In this document: in pieces, positions 1-14,587 of the stretch | Layout: the number at the start of each line of letters is the position of its first letter | How positions within the stretch are numbered: the first letter of the stretch is position 1 | Origin: Azolla caroliniana | Taxonomy: Eukaryota > Plantae > Polypodiophyta | NCBI GenBank assembly: GCA_043228905.1 | Contig: JBHGNT010000009.1 | Location: forward strand, 1,550,001 to 1,614,000 | DNA length: 64,000 bases | Direction: 5' to 3' | Notes under the pieces: model-generated | What the model saw: only the letters and a program-made list of their open reading frames with translations | The model's database searches: none | What the model was told of the DNA's origin: nothing | Program-made: the position numbers and the translations under genes

Positions 1-3000
1 CAACCTTCACACCCAGTGTCAAATGGACATTGTGAGCTTTATATGAACATTTTTATGCCCCATAGAATGTATGATATATTTACAACTATCAACTCATGGC
101 TCATGTCTAAGGTTTCGTGTTGATGAGGTATGCTTCATTTTATAACATAAAAGAGAATATACATATTTTGAAAATCGTTTAACCTAAATCTACTCATTGT
201 TAAATTGAATGTAGGATTTTCCGTGGTGAGAATGAGTAATCTAATTTTTACTCATAGTTCTTTGCATTTTTTTATGTAGCATGTGCGCTAAAACTCATCT
301 TCAATTATAGATGTACTGCATATAACTTTTGTATCCTTCATATGCATATAAAGCATTGAAAATATGTTTGTTGATGACTGCTCAAAGTGGCTTGTCCACT
401 TAATGAAATGGCTTGAAATGAAATAGCGAAAGAATCTATACAACGTAGTTTTAAAACATATTTGTTGGTTGATCCATGATGACACTTGTAACAAGGATAT
501 TAAGATTAAGAGAAAGTTTGGATTGAACCATAGATAAAGAATGAAACTATGCCCAAGATAGATATCTTAAAAGATAGAAGAGTCATAGTTGAACTTTTGC
601 ATACATAATAGAATTAAATCTCAAAAGCTTAGATTAATATAAAGAATCCCTCACTATACATGAGTATAATATTTTCTCATTCATGTAGGACACTTTAACA
701 ACTTTGAAATTCACGCTTGTGACTTATCCACGTGATAGGCATAGTCAATTTTGAAACAGATGATTCGAACTTCAAAAATAAGTTTTTTTTAAAACAAATT
801 AAACTAAAATGTAACAATTGTGCCTGCTTCCTTTCTCATAGGCTGCACGTCGATCTCTATAGACATTAAGACACTTTCTTTCTCTAGCTTCCAAGTTCCA
901 AAGTTAGTGTTCAAATAGCAAGTTCTTTTGTTTTTCACATGAGTGTTGTAAGCCATACGTGTCTATCCCTCTCCTCAACTCCACGTGTCTTTCTTTCACA
1001 TGCACCACATCAATATTACAAATTTCCATGGTGCTAAATTTGTACAACCAATGAAAGGGCTTGATTATAAGTACATATGATGGAATTATTGTCAAATACA
1101 GGTACGTGTGCATTTCACAAGGCGTCTTATGCATACTCTACTATATGGACTTGGAATGTGATGGGAATCATAACTTCAATGTATTTGATGTGACGTTGAT
1201 AGGTCAATAGGAATACCACTTCAATTATTGGTCCACCAAAAAAGATAGTGAAGGACGAATATAAAGATTAGGATAATATATTGCCATACAATTGTTGTAG
1301 AAAGTACACGCTTATACCAAGAAATTAGACATGACCATTTTTAATAGTACCATTCTAAAGTATCTACACCGATTACCAATACATGATATTCCTGTCCCAT
1401 TGTCAAGTCATGCAATCACGATTCATAGCCATGCGTGCAGATCCGGCCTTTTAAAATGACATGGCACACTTTCTTTCGATATATAGATATGCTAAAGCTT
1501 AATATATAGATTCATAGTGTTGGTTCATAGTTGAATCTACAAAGGTAGACTTTGGTTCACTATTACTATTTATCCTCGGGCTCTTCTTGGACTACATATG
1601 TTGGCTATTGTGTTCATTTGTTTGTATTTGTTGTTGGTTGACATATGTCACATCTATATACGTGTTACATTTCGGTGATAATTGTAGCATGTAGGATGTC
1701 ATGTTTCCTATATTCCACAAAAGCACAACTAAGAGTAGTATTGAGTAAATTATTTAATAATCGTAACAAGGAACAACACAAGGGTGAAGATGGTAAGAAA
1801 CAAACTTATTATAATATTATATAAGCTTCTTGCTAGACAAACTTGTCATTAATTAACAATTATTCATGGATTGTGGATATTCTGTTGCATACCCGTTGAA
1901 AAAGTTCAAAAGGCTGAATATCCAACTTTTATAATACATGCAAAGTTGAGCTAATCAACTCATTGAGGACCTTGGGTCACCTTATATAGTCCATACATGA
2001 AGGATGTAGCCAATTCACAAAGTCCTTTTCAGTGGATGAGTACTAGATTGCATAGCATTGCCACAAGTCACCAAAAATCGGTGAATGATACATAGTTCTT
2101 TTGGCAAACAAGAGTATTTTGATATATCTCCAATGTGCCAATGGTTATGAACAAGAGAAAGTTGGTGATTCGTTAATCCTAATCTGATTATCCTTTCAAG
2201 ATCATTGCAACCCACATACATTTATATTGTCTTTAGGATTGTTAACCTGTAATCATCAAATCAACATGTGGAATTAAATATTTTGCTACTTAAAAATATG
2301 CCCTTTAATACGTCAAGAATATCAATAAAAACTCGTGCTAGGTGAAAACAAAATAGGAAAGATATGAATTAATAAGAAAATGTGTTGGCAATATCAATCA
2401 TCACCGAATCAAAGATCAGGCAAATCATATTTCCTTCCCGTGCCAATGAAACATAGTGGCATAAATTGGAAAGGTACTACCACGGTCCACCCAAACCAAT
2501 CTCTTCATCAATACTTTGTTAACCTTAGCCATAAGTAAAGATTATATATGTTAAACTTAGCTTTAGTCGAACCTTGCATACACTGTGGAGAGATTGAAGG
2601 AATCAAATGGAAATACAAGTTTGAATTCTGAAATATATCTTTAATCAAGTGATGTAATGTCTCTTTTCATGCTACACATTATGATGTCACACAGTTATAT
2701 TGACTTGGGGATAAAGATCATTGGCACTTTTGTAGGTACGATGTCACAAGGGCACAACTTGCCAAAAGATCACTCATTTTGCTTTAATGCAGCTATATAT
2801 AAAAGTTGGTGCACATACGTTTATGAAACAGAGGTGGTGATTACACTAGAGAGATATGAGAAGCCCTAAAGTTTGCAAGGCTTGCTTTTTAGAATTATTG
2901 ATGACGAGGAATTTATAGTGATATTATTTTCAAATCATTACATATGTAAGAGGATGAGAATGACATCAACAAATCATATAAATCATTGTTGCAAGGGAGA

Positions 3001-3015
3001 GGTTCTAGAATCCTA

Positions 3016-3046
<31 letters not shown>

Positions 3047-5170
3047 GTGTACATCATGTATGAAAGAGAGCGAGAGAGAGAGAGATATAATTTAACACCC
3101 AGAGAAGACTTATCCCATGACAAGGATCAAACTAGCCCATGAAGAGAAAATAGAAGAGAGAAGGTGCTTACCACAGTTTCCATTGACAAAATTCTTAGAG
3201 AAGTGTGTCAAATTTTAATTTTGCTAAACATGTGATAGATTATATCCCAAATACAAGGCATTAAAGGAGTGCTACAGTTTTATTCAATGTCATTATATGT
3301 TCATATAATTTCATAAAGCACACTACTCACAAGGTTCAAGTCTTGGATTTTCATAAAATCAAACGCTCCAATCTTAAAGAGGGAAAGGGAGTGGATATTT
3401 TCTCTCGTGCTGATTTTGAATGAAACAATGCCTATCAGTCATTTGATGCTAGGAAAAGCATACACCAAGGCAACTAAAATATATGTCAATCATTAGATGC
3501 CATAATACATGAGGTATTCAAACAAAAAAATAGAAATATCTCGCTTGATTGCCAACAACAATAACTATAGTTCCTTGCACTACCCGTTGGGCATGCACAC
3601 GGTTTACATATACCTTGTGTACCGAATTGTTGAGTTTTAAACTTCCTTCTTGTAAGTTGTATCCAAGCATAAAGTCTTGTCGCCGAATTCAACAAGCAAA
3701 CGATTTTGCCCGAATTTTTCCATATGATAAAATTGTGATGCACAAACATACAAGATTGTTTGAGAAGTCTTCTCGAATATAAACTCTTTTGATAAGGAAT
3801 TGGCAAGGGACATTTGGGAAAATAATGAAAACTTGAGGGGTTGACCAAACACCCTTACTAATCTACACCAAATTAAAGTAAAAAAGGGTGAATAGATTGG
3901 ATACAGGAACACTCCAGCCTCTCGAACTCCCCTGAGCCGTGATCGAGACATAACCAACCTCCCATTGGTGTTCCATACCGATGGATATTACTTAGCACCT
4001 TGGAAGAGGTAATATAATCATTGTGACAAAAGCCTAACCCATATTACTAGTTTATGAAGACTCCAACCTTCCAAGGTAAGGCTTCTTCCCATGCCCCTTG
4101 AATAGATGAGCCTTTTTAAAAGACCCTCCATCTATTGGTTGTCAAGATCACAATAGTGCATGCACCTATCATTCCATGTATCAAAGTCACTTTAGAAAAT
4201 TAGGAACATACCATTTAGTATGTTTTGTAAATATGAGTGACCTACCCTCACCTACTATATGTGTACAATACTAGTTTGAGCCAAAAAGAAACATTCGAGG
4301 GTATTTCCGTGTTTTATCGAACAATTTATCATGCATAAATATATTTCTCACAAACAATCAAATCCTAATAATTGGTATAAAGTTGAATTGTAAATGAGTT
4401 ATCACAAGACATTATCATTTTCTTTGATATCTAGATAGACACGAGATTTGCGTATTTTGTTGATTTGGAAATTGGAAGGCACTCTTGCTCAAAACGTAAG
4501 TGTTGCTTGTGAGGTATTTCCTAACAGAGCAAATTTTATGAGGGTTTGGTAGTGTTGTAGTTTATTGGGCTCTTCTCCTACTTTACATTTGGCTTTTGGG
4601 ATGTTCATAACATGGAGGTCAAGGTCTATCATGCTAATACTGGTTAAGGATTGTAGTTCCACTATCCACCACTATAACCTTTATTGGATGCCATGTGCCC
4701 GATTGTGTGAGATGGTGTTACTTTTGTTTGTTTTGATGTAGCTTGCAACTAGAGAGAATTTGATGTGGCCCCTCTAGACATAGGTCATGTATTCTTGATT
4801 GTACATAACTAACTAGAGAGAGACAAAGAGAGAGAAAGGAAGTACAATATTTTGCGTGAAATGCCAAAGTGAACTAGCGAAGTATCACCAAAAATGCATG
4901 GAAACAACCTTAACTATGCGTAGCATGACACAATGAGAAGTTAAATTAATGGTGTATCCTAATGGTGGCGAGTTTTTACAATTGCTAGTCCAAAGGAAAA
5001 TGATAATATTTAAAAAATAGACTTGGAAAGAGAGATAGATGGAGAAATAAAGGAGTGCCAGAAAGAAAGGCTGACGAGAGTCTTTGCTTGGGATTCGAGA
5101 ATAACACAAGAACGACGGCAACACACATCACATGAAAGAGAGATGCTCTTTTTTTGTTTGTTTGTTTTTT

Positions 5171-5174
<4 letters not shown>

Positions 5175-5208
<34 letters not shown>

Positions 5209-5266
5209 GGACTATCTACATACTCACATTATTCATGTCAATGAGAAAAAAGAGAGGAGAGAGTGT

Positions 5267-5307
<41 letters not shown>

Positions 5308-5610
5308 GCATACATACATGATACATACATACAAACACACACATACATAGAGACAGGTAGACACACACACACACACACGTGTAACATACATACATACATA
5401 CATACATACATACAGAGACCCACATACATAGACACAAACAAACAAACACATACATATAGACACACACACATGTACATACACATGCACATAATGCACATAC
5501 AAACGGACAAACACATTCACACACATACATGCATACAGACATACAAACATACAAACATATACATACATACATAAAAACATACACGAATACCTACATACAT
5601 ACATACATAC
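5175..5610. repeat. Compound (TG)n / (CA)n / (CATA)n microsatellite tract
   Basis: (TG)n at ~5175-5206, then (CA)n and (CATA)n at ~5269-5610. This explains the spurious VC/MY-rich ORFs. Confidence 0.95.
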
Positions 5611-6152
5611 AGGAAGAGCAAGCAATGTGTCTCTTTCTCTGGGCTCTATTCTAGCTAATATGTCCTCCCATCTCCATTGAATCAATGACAATGTCATGTA
5701 AGAAGGCATACCTTGGAAGTAGGCCTAGGGTTGGTTGTCCTTCTTCACAAACATGAATGAATGAGCATGGACAGAGCAGACCACCTTATAACCGATTCAA
5801 ACCCAACCCCAATAAAAACTAAAAGCAAAAGCTCCAACCAAACAAACATTTCTCTTTGTGCTTTTTTCTACCTCCCCTGTCCTTCTCCTTCTCCTTTCCT
5901 TTTTTAAAGGTTCCCCTGTTTTTTTTATTTAAGTCTCCCCCCCCTCCGATTTTTGTTCTGAAAAACCAAGAAATGATTTAAAATAATAATAATGCCCTTT
6001 CTTTAAGGAGGAATTTAACCCTCTCTCCAAGCATCAGATGAGTGCTTCTTGTGCTGAGCTCAATCTGCAGAGTTTCTCTCTCTCCCCACTCCCTAAATCC
6101 ATGCACACACATATGTTGTAGCATATACCTATCTATATTCACACAAGAACAA

Positions 6153-9100
6153 ATGGTGAACCTGGGGTTATGCGATATTATGATCTTTTGTAAACATCAT
6201 CGCCATCGCCATCGCCATCATGTTCTTTTATTGCTGGTTATGGCGATGATGATGGCGATGGCTATGGTGTTGGCAGTGAGCAATGGTGCAGATGATGAGG
6301 TGAAGGGCCTCTTGGGCCAGCCAAGGGTGAATTTTAAGCACTATGCAGGGCACATCTATGTAAATAATGTGTATAATGATCATGATAATGGCAATGTTGC
6401 TAAGCACAATCCTCACACGCGCGCACTCTTCTATTGGTTCTTCGAGGCCGATCGAGATCGCCGAACCTCCCTTCAACTCCCTCTGGCTATCTGGTTCAAC
6501 GGAGGTACTAGTCTATATAGTTTCTCACTTAATGGATTCTCTTTCTTTCTTTTTCTTCTCTACTTCAGTTTTTCTTTGAATGGTTGGTTTCTCCTTTGTT
6601 GAGTCTGTATTCCATGAATGATCCTCAGCCCATTAGAAATTGTTATATTTTCTCTGTGTGTATGTGTATGTTATATATACTTTCAATGGATTCTTGTTAT
6701 TTCAACACAAATTTTTTCCTGTCTCAAAGGTTTTATTTCCCTCCTGTCAATGGAAATAATCTCCATTTTCTCGATGGAAATTGTGCTATTTCATTTTCTG
6801 TTTCCTTTGGAACTTCTTGGTGATGGAACGCAAAGAAGTAGTAGAAAATAATTTTCTTTTGGCATGTGGTAATTCACTCGGAAAAACATCACGAAAATCA
6901 TTTAAGATTTCATCGAGTTGTTGTTGTTTAAGGGATGAGGAAGAGATAAGTTTCTCTTCTATGTTTATTATATCTTCCGTATGTTTTCTCCCAGCCCCCA
7001 CATACTCACTGAATCATAGCTGCAAAAATGTCATTTTAGGTCCTGGATGTTCCTCTGTTGGGAATGGTGCCTTAGCTGAGTTGGGTCCCTTCACACCAAA
7101 CCCCACAGCTGATGGTCTCGAACTCAACCCTTACTCTTGGACCAAAGGTAAACTAAAATCTCATCTTTGATATGATGGCACACAAATGTTCTCTTTTTCT
7201 TCTCCTTATTATCCTGAATCTTAAGAAGCTGAAATTTATAGACTTGGAACACTAAAAATGAGATTGGATTCGCAGAGGCAAATATTGTGTTTGTGGAGTC
7301 ACCATTTGCTGTCGGCTTTTCCTACTCAAATGTTTCTTCAGATTATAATCATTTTAGTGATGCTTCCATAGGTAAAAAAAAGTAAAACCACCCACCTGTT
7401 GTTCCATTCTTTCTAAACATTAAAAGATAATCTAGAGAGAGTACTATTAACCATTTCCTCACATCATTTTTCTTGCAGCTGAAGATGCATATAGCTTCAT
7501 TATAAATTGGCTAGAGAAATTTCCTGAGTACAAATCCAATGATTTTTATCTTCTGGGGGAGAGTTATGCAGGTATTTTGATGTTATGAATGCATATGTAT
7601 GCATACATTGGATACATGTCCAATGTTGTACATGTGCACATTGTGGGAATGAGTTTCAAGTTAAAATTAAATTACTTGACCCCATCGCTCCACAGCACTG
7701 TTGGTGATGGTTAATTATATCTGCAAGTTTAAGCTATATACACCTTCTGTAGATCCTAATGACATACAAAACCCATGGCTCCAGGACATTACATCCCCAC
7801 ATTAGCCAGGTTAATACTACAGCGAAACAAAGCAACACAAATCTTAAATTTCAAAGGCTTTGCGGTACGTATCTTATAGGGCAAAATACCAAATTTCTCC
7901 CAATTTTTTGAATATTTATGAGAACACCCCTAAACCCTACCAAGTTGAAAGCTTAGGGGTATTCTGGGGTGGTGAAAGGAATTTTGCAAAAGGTTAGGGA
8001 TATGTGAGTGTTGTTTCCCCTTTTGTATGTGCTCAATGCATTTCACCAATTCTTTCATGCACTTTATCATTAAATTTACAACATTTGCATATGGTGTTTG
8101 AAGATTGGAAATCCGTGGACGGATGCTGCGTTCGATAATGCCGGAACTACTGATTTCTATCGATCACATTCTCTCATTTCCGATGAGACGTATGCGGCCA
8201 TCCAAGCCAATTGCAATTATGCCGATGAGCTCCCTGTTGATGCAGCTTCCAACAATACCTTCTGCAACCGTGCGGTGTCAGAGGCTGATGCTGACATGGC
8301 ACAAATTGACATTTACAACATTTACGCGGAGTCATGTAATTCTAACACCAGTCAGAATGCTAGGGTAAAAGTTATTCTAGAATCATGTGTTTTTGTGTTC
8401 TTAGTTCGTTATTGTAACTTCTTTTTTGGTAACTATACAAGGAAAAATATGAAAGGTTGTGTTAAAACTCTACTCTCCCATACCATAAAAATTTTATGGT
8501 TTAAGAGAAAATTAAAGTTTCCACGTTTTACCAATAAAACAAGAGAATTGAATTTCTGATAGTTTAAAATACTCGGTTACTCATAATGAAGTAAATTTGT
8601 TGAAATGCATCTCTCGCATCACTCGTTTGTGGTCTAGTGGTGATGAATTTAAGTTGTTCCATATTTTTTATATGGCATTAAATTGGAGAGGGTTTTCTAT
8701 GCAGAAGCAATTTGCCAATCGATTAACTTCCGCATACGTCGACCCTTGCATAGACACAGTCACACCGTATCTCAACCGCCCTGAAGTACAGAGAGCACTG
8801 CATGCATCAGACAGCCCAGTTGTCTGGTCGGGTTGCAGGTAATGGTTTGTGAAAATGATGTCTCTCAAATGTAGGTGTAAATAACAGTGTTTTGTATTGT
8901 ATGCCACATGACAGTTTTTTTAACCTTTTAATTTGAAGGACAGCTTTATGAGTGAAGTAATAGAGTTGGTTATCTTATGATTGGTTATCTTATGATCCAA
9001 AATTATTTATTATTTTCTAATATGGTGATTATTCTTTAATGACTATGTTTTAAATCTTGTATTAAGATACAAGTTGTAATGAAGATAGATTTTTAGAAGG

Positions 9101-10188
9101 CACATACATTTCTTTTTCAGTTCTCTTGTCTTTGATCTCCTATTGTTTAATGTATATAGGTTATTTCAAAGAGGCAATGTTTAAAAATTTTGTAGTTGTA
9201 ATGAAGATGATTTTAGAAAAGACATGTTCAGCTCAATTTAATATTGTATTTGTTAACATTTCTGAATATACAAGCGAGTCTGAATAAAGTATATTTACAA
9301 ATCTCGTATTAAAGTACAAATTTTTGTAATTAAAGCTGATATTTGAGAATGTGTGTTATTTTTCAGCTCTATCGTCTACTCTCATTACAAGAGGGAGGAC
9401 ATAGTCGCATCTATGCTTCCCTTGTACCAAGAACTTATACAACATGGAGGGTTGAAGATATGGATTTATAGGCAAGTTAATGGCATTATGGGAGAAAAAC
9501 ACACAGCACAATGTGATGCACTAGTGGCATCGACTATATTTCACCAAGATGAATCATTAAACAAAAAAATAGAATTCATTTCTTTCATCTTGAACAATGT
9601 AGGTTCTACATCTAAATTAGGTTTCTCAAAACAAATGTCTCAAGTTTTGTTCTCTCCTTGTATTCAGTGGTGATGTAGATGGTGTTGTATCTACATTAGC
9701 GACAAGGATGTGGATAAAAGCACTAAATCTTCCAGTCGAGACACCTTGGTATGCTTGGAATTTTCAAAACCAGGTAAGAAAAACCATGATATATATATAC
9801 TAATGTATTTTTATTATATCGTAATGTATTTTTCTTTTTTCCATTTGTACTCTTTCTTTTTTCTTGTTCCAATCTTCATGAAATTGACCTGTATCATGGT
9901 TCCAATAAATCAATCCTACGGCCAACTTTTTATATCCACTGACCATAAACGTTTCTCTTAATATTTTCTGTATCATTGTTTCCTTATGATCTTTATATTT
10001 TCACTGTATGGGATTTTCACTATATCGGATGTGATGTATTTTAGGTTGGAGGATGGACACAGAAGTACAGGGGGCTTACATTCACGACGGTGCGTGGTGC
10101 AGGTCACATGGTACCTGCTAATAAGCCTCCTCAAGCACTTGCCTTGTTCAGAAGCTTTCTTGCTGGTGACATGTTACCGAGTTTTTGA
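6153..10188 (+). CDS. Serine carboxypeptidase-like protein (peptidase S10), 10 exons, ~492 aa
   Basis: Exons 6153-6504, 7040-7147, 7276-7371, 7479-7571, 7785-7864, 8104-8364, 8705-8838, 9367-9471, 9668-9773, 10045-10188 total 1479 nt in frame. Motifs: WFNGGPGCSS, FVESP, GESYAGHY (Ser), YSGDVDG (Asp), VRGAGHMVP (His), plus a hydrophobic signal-like segment. The start ATG is uncertain. Intron 9472-9667 is GC-AG. Confidence 0.95.
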
Positions 10189-11795
10189 ACCTTCATTAAA
10201 TTACTACGGCCTTGATATCCAAAACAACAAAAGAATTGTTCTCCTTTTCCTTCCAATATGTTGCCATTTGTATTATTACCTTTCCCACCATAAAAAATCT
10301 TGAATTTTGGTTGGGATTTTATAAACGGATTAAATTTTTTAAAAAGAAATGTCACTTCAGTTTCAAGGTATATGCACAAGTGTTTGTATTAGATGTTATG
10401 GTATTTAATGGAAGCAGCTTTGAATATTAATCAATAAATGATGTATCTTCCTGCTGATTGTATCACCCCATCTCAGCACGTTCGTGTTTTCAGAGTAAAT
10501 GCACAGCTCATCATTGAAGTCAAACCTTATGGTCATTTACCAGCATATGCTAGTGTTCTGAAAAGGTTCACTAGCAACATGATCAAGAGGGATTCTTGAG
10601 AATGGGAACGAAATGTGATAAAGTTATATAATGTAAATGAACCACATATGAAACTGACAAATAAATGAATATTTCAAATAATAAAAAGGTCCTCAAGGTA
10701 TGAGGAATAGTTTGCAACTGACAACCCCTTTAATGTGCATCAAAATGCATGTAACCTGGCACAACCAATTTCCTGGGATTTATGGACTCGAATAGTTTGC
10801 AGCTGACAACCCTTTTAATGTAAAATTCATGTAACCATGGGGCAGAATGCGTGAACGTAATAAGAGATAGGTAAATTTTGAAAATAAGAATTTGAAATTC
10901 CAATGCATTTGGGTATTTTGAGTTACTTTTCAATTGAATTTTAAACGTTTCTTACATTCTCTTTTGTCTACATAATAGTCAGAAATGATACTCATGGCAG
11001 TGACGACAACCAAAATAGGGCCAATCAGAAGCTCCCTTTGAAACAAGAAACAATAACATCAATACTTGACTTCTCAAAAGTCACATTATCACAAACAAAT
11101 AGAAAGGCAGAGTATTGGATTTTAATAGTGCTAAGTTAATCTCCAATACACTGATGGAGACAACGCAGATATAGGTTTGATTAGATTATCATGGATGTCT
11201 ACTGAATTTTGTCTTGTATACGGTCTTCTGAGAGGACGTTCAAATCTTTCACCCTGTATTAAGACAGTAAAATGCCTGCATTTTATGAAATTCCCTGTAA
11301 GGACAACATAGATACACACTTTTATCTAAAGAATCTGTCAATCTGTATCTATCCTGTATATATTAAATCAAGTTTGACTGCTATTGAGAGATTAATCTAT
11401 TTGCACAAGAAGTAATTAGATCTGGACCAATTGGCAGAATCAAATGCAGATTCAAGGGAATGAATACTTGCGTAAGGGAATACTCTCAAATCAATCAAAG
11501 AATGCTCTTAGAAAATGAGAAATTTTGAAGAAATACCGGTTACAAAATTTTTACTTTTATGCCTGGTGCTCCTGTCAGATCAATGTTCTCCCCGATTAAG
11601 AGACATTAGTAAAAAGACCTGTCTTGTGAGCTCAGAACCTCAAAAAATAATCAGGCCTCAAAAAAGTTCCTTATAAAACCGAGGGAAAAAAGAAATTTTG
11701 TATGTTTCATTCAGTTCAACCATAAATATTTAAAATCACCTAAAGACTAGTACAAGAAACAATACAAAAGTAACTCTATAGTAGGGCATTTCACT

Positions 11796-14565
11796 TTAGA
11801 GTCCTGCTTTTGACTTCAAGTGCTGCTTAAAGTCCATGATATCACCTTCCCACCTTTGCACTTTCTGATTTTCACAAACCCATATCTCCTTGGCTACTTG
11901 ATTGATAAGCCTAAAGTCGTGACTCACTAGCACAAGACCTCCATCCCATTCATTCAATGCTTCTGCAAGAGAATCTATGGTCTCAATGTCAAGATGATTA
12001 GTGGGCTCATCAAGAAGCAACAAATGAGGTAATCTCCAAGCCAACCACGCAAAAATGACCCTACTCCTTTGACCATCAGATAAGTTCTTCATGGGCATAA
12101 TTTGTGCCTTCCCAGTAAGGCCAAACTTCCCGATCGCTGCACGCATCTTTTCTTCTTCTAGACCAGGATACTCTGACATCATGTATTGTAACGCGGGAAC
12201 ATCAAGATTCAATTTATCAGCCAAGTGTTGATGGAACTGGGCAATCCTAAGATGGTTGTGACGTCTTACCATACCATCAAGTGGGGACAATTCACCAGTC
12301 ATAAGCTTCAGTAATGTACTCTTACCCGCTCCATTAGGCCCAACCAAGGCTATCCGTGAATCCAAATCAACCCCAAAATCAATATTCTTATAAATAAGAT
12401 GTTCTGGTGTATAGCCAAAATCTACCTCAACAAACTGCAAAACTGGTGGAGGTAACTTCCCAACATCAGTGAAACGGAATACAAGAATTTTGTCCCTTGA
12501 AACCTTTTCTGTAAGACCACCTCTTTCCATCTTTGCTAGAGTCTTCTCTTTACTCTGTGCTTGTCTAGCAAGCTTTGCTGAACCATGCCCAAATCTAGCA
12601 ATGTACTCCTTCATATTTGCTATCTGATCCTGTTCCCACTTATATTGCTTCATCTGATTCTCCTCTAAGTCCCCTCGTGTTTGCACATACTGGTCATAGT
12701 TTCCAGTATATAGCTTAAGCTTCTTGTTCTGCATATGGATTATATTTGTGCACACCCCATTCAGAAAATCTTGTGAATGGGATACAACAACCAGGATCCT
12801 TTCAAAATTCTTTAGCATTTCTTCTAACCAGACACAGGCTTCAAGATCTGTATAGAATGGACATCTTTTAAAAACAGTATAGTTTGCAGCCAACATAAGT
12901 GAAAATAGTGATAATACATTACAATTGTTGAGCAATAAAGAGAATGAAGTTTAAACGACAGAACTCACCAAGGTGATTAGTTGGTTCATCCAGGAGAAGT
13001 ATAGTTGGGCACATAAACAATGCTCTGGCTAATGCTATTCTCATACGCCAACCACCAGAGAAATCTCGAGTTTTCTTGCCTTGCATTGTTTTTGTGAATC
13101 CCAGACCATGAAGAATTTCAGCTGCTCGTTTCTCTGCTGTGGTTGAATCCATGGCTTCAAGACGCTCATATATTCTTTCCAGCGCTTCACCACCTCCAGC
13201 ATCCTGTAAACTCCAAAAACCAATTTATTTTTCAGGAATGCATTGCTTTCTTAGCATCGTGATTTGCTCGCTACCTTGAAATTGGTTAGAATTTTGTAGG
13301 TTGCAGTAATTTTCATTCAGAAAGTGACAATTTTACTTGCAACAGAAATATTCGCTTGTAATGTCTAGAATCAAAATTTCAAAAAAAGGTACTTCCTAAA
13401 ATATCAGATGATTGGGTACCAAACAATGGGTGTAGATGAATCTCCAGACATTACTCATTGACTACTCGCTTAAGGGGAAGAGAGTATCGTCACCTCGGGG
13501 AGGTCATAATCCTTACGTTAGGGACCATGATTAAATTCAATTCAATGTCTAGATGAACATGTATGAGAAAATACGCTAATTCAACTGGGCAATATCATCT
13601 TCTAAACCAGAATGAAATACAATTGAAAGAGTCTACACCATACGATGTCATTTAAGAGGAAGTTTCAAATACTTTTTAATAATAATGCCAATTCATGAGT
13701 TCGTTTATATAAATACCAATTGATGCATCTCAGGTCCACTCCATTATTTCATTAAGAAAAGAGCAGAAACATGAAAGTCAAAACCAGGTCGTAAGGTTCT
13801 CCACATTCAAAAAATATCAATAATTGAACTACCTGGGCAGATAAAATTTCAACTTCCTTTTCCAGCTTCAACCTCTCAGCATCCACGTTCATGACAGCTT
13901 GGAGGGCAGTAAGTTCTGTTGCCTCAATTTCCCTTGTCAAGTGATATATATCCATATGGTCTGGAATAGGGAGTTCTCTGCAGCCTATAGCATCCAAAAG
14001 TGTGGATTTACCACATCCGTTCAGTCCCAATAAGCCGTATCTCCTATCAAATAAAAAAGAATGTCATTGTAAATAGAGTAATCCAATCACATCCAGAGAA
14101 AGCAAAACCCACCCAAATCCACAATTCATAATACCTTCCATAATTAAGTTCAAGGCTGGAATCAACAATCAACTCATGCCCATGGAAAGTGAGTGTCAAG
14201 CTCTCAATCTGATGACATAGACATGATTGTTTCAGCATTAGTAAATTGCAGTTACCAATTTTGTCATGATGTTTTAAGACATTTATGTAAAGCATCTATA
14301 ACATGCATAGATCTAAATTCCTGCAAATTTTGTGATTCCTTACATGTATATCCCTAGATAATGCATGTGAGGTTAAGATTCCTGTGCAAGTTCTGTCGCT
14401 TATTTGCATTGCCGCCAATTCATCAGTTACTCCATTGGTTTGTCCCTCTGTGACTTCATTGTTTTTTGATGAAGTTGCAACCACAGATGCAGACTTCGAG
14501 CCTCGTTTTGCAACTGCAGCTGCTTTCTTTTGAGCAGCTTTCTTCTTGCTTGCATCAGATACCAT
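11796..14565 (-). CDS. ABCF1: ABC-F family ATPase (plant ABCF1 / yeast ARB1 / human ABCF2 type), 5 coding exons, ~597 aa
   Basis: Exons 14565-14344, 14208-14135, 14043-13833, 13203-12969, 12847-11796 total 1794 nt. N-terminus [14 protein letters not shown]. Two ABC cassettes ([23 protein letters not shown] and [23 protein letters not shown]) and no TM segments. Confidence 0.96.
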
Positions 14566-14587
14566 CTTGTCTAGAAACCTTGACGAC

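Noticed and set aside
1860-2870. Possible decayed CACTA transposase (HNLPKDHSF-like fragment)
   Set aside because: Too degenerate to support without a profile search.
5023-5709. VC/MY-rich ORFs
   Set aside because: Translations of microsatellites.
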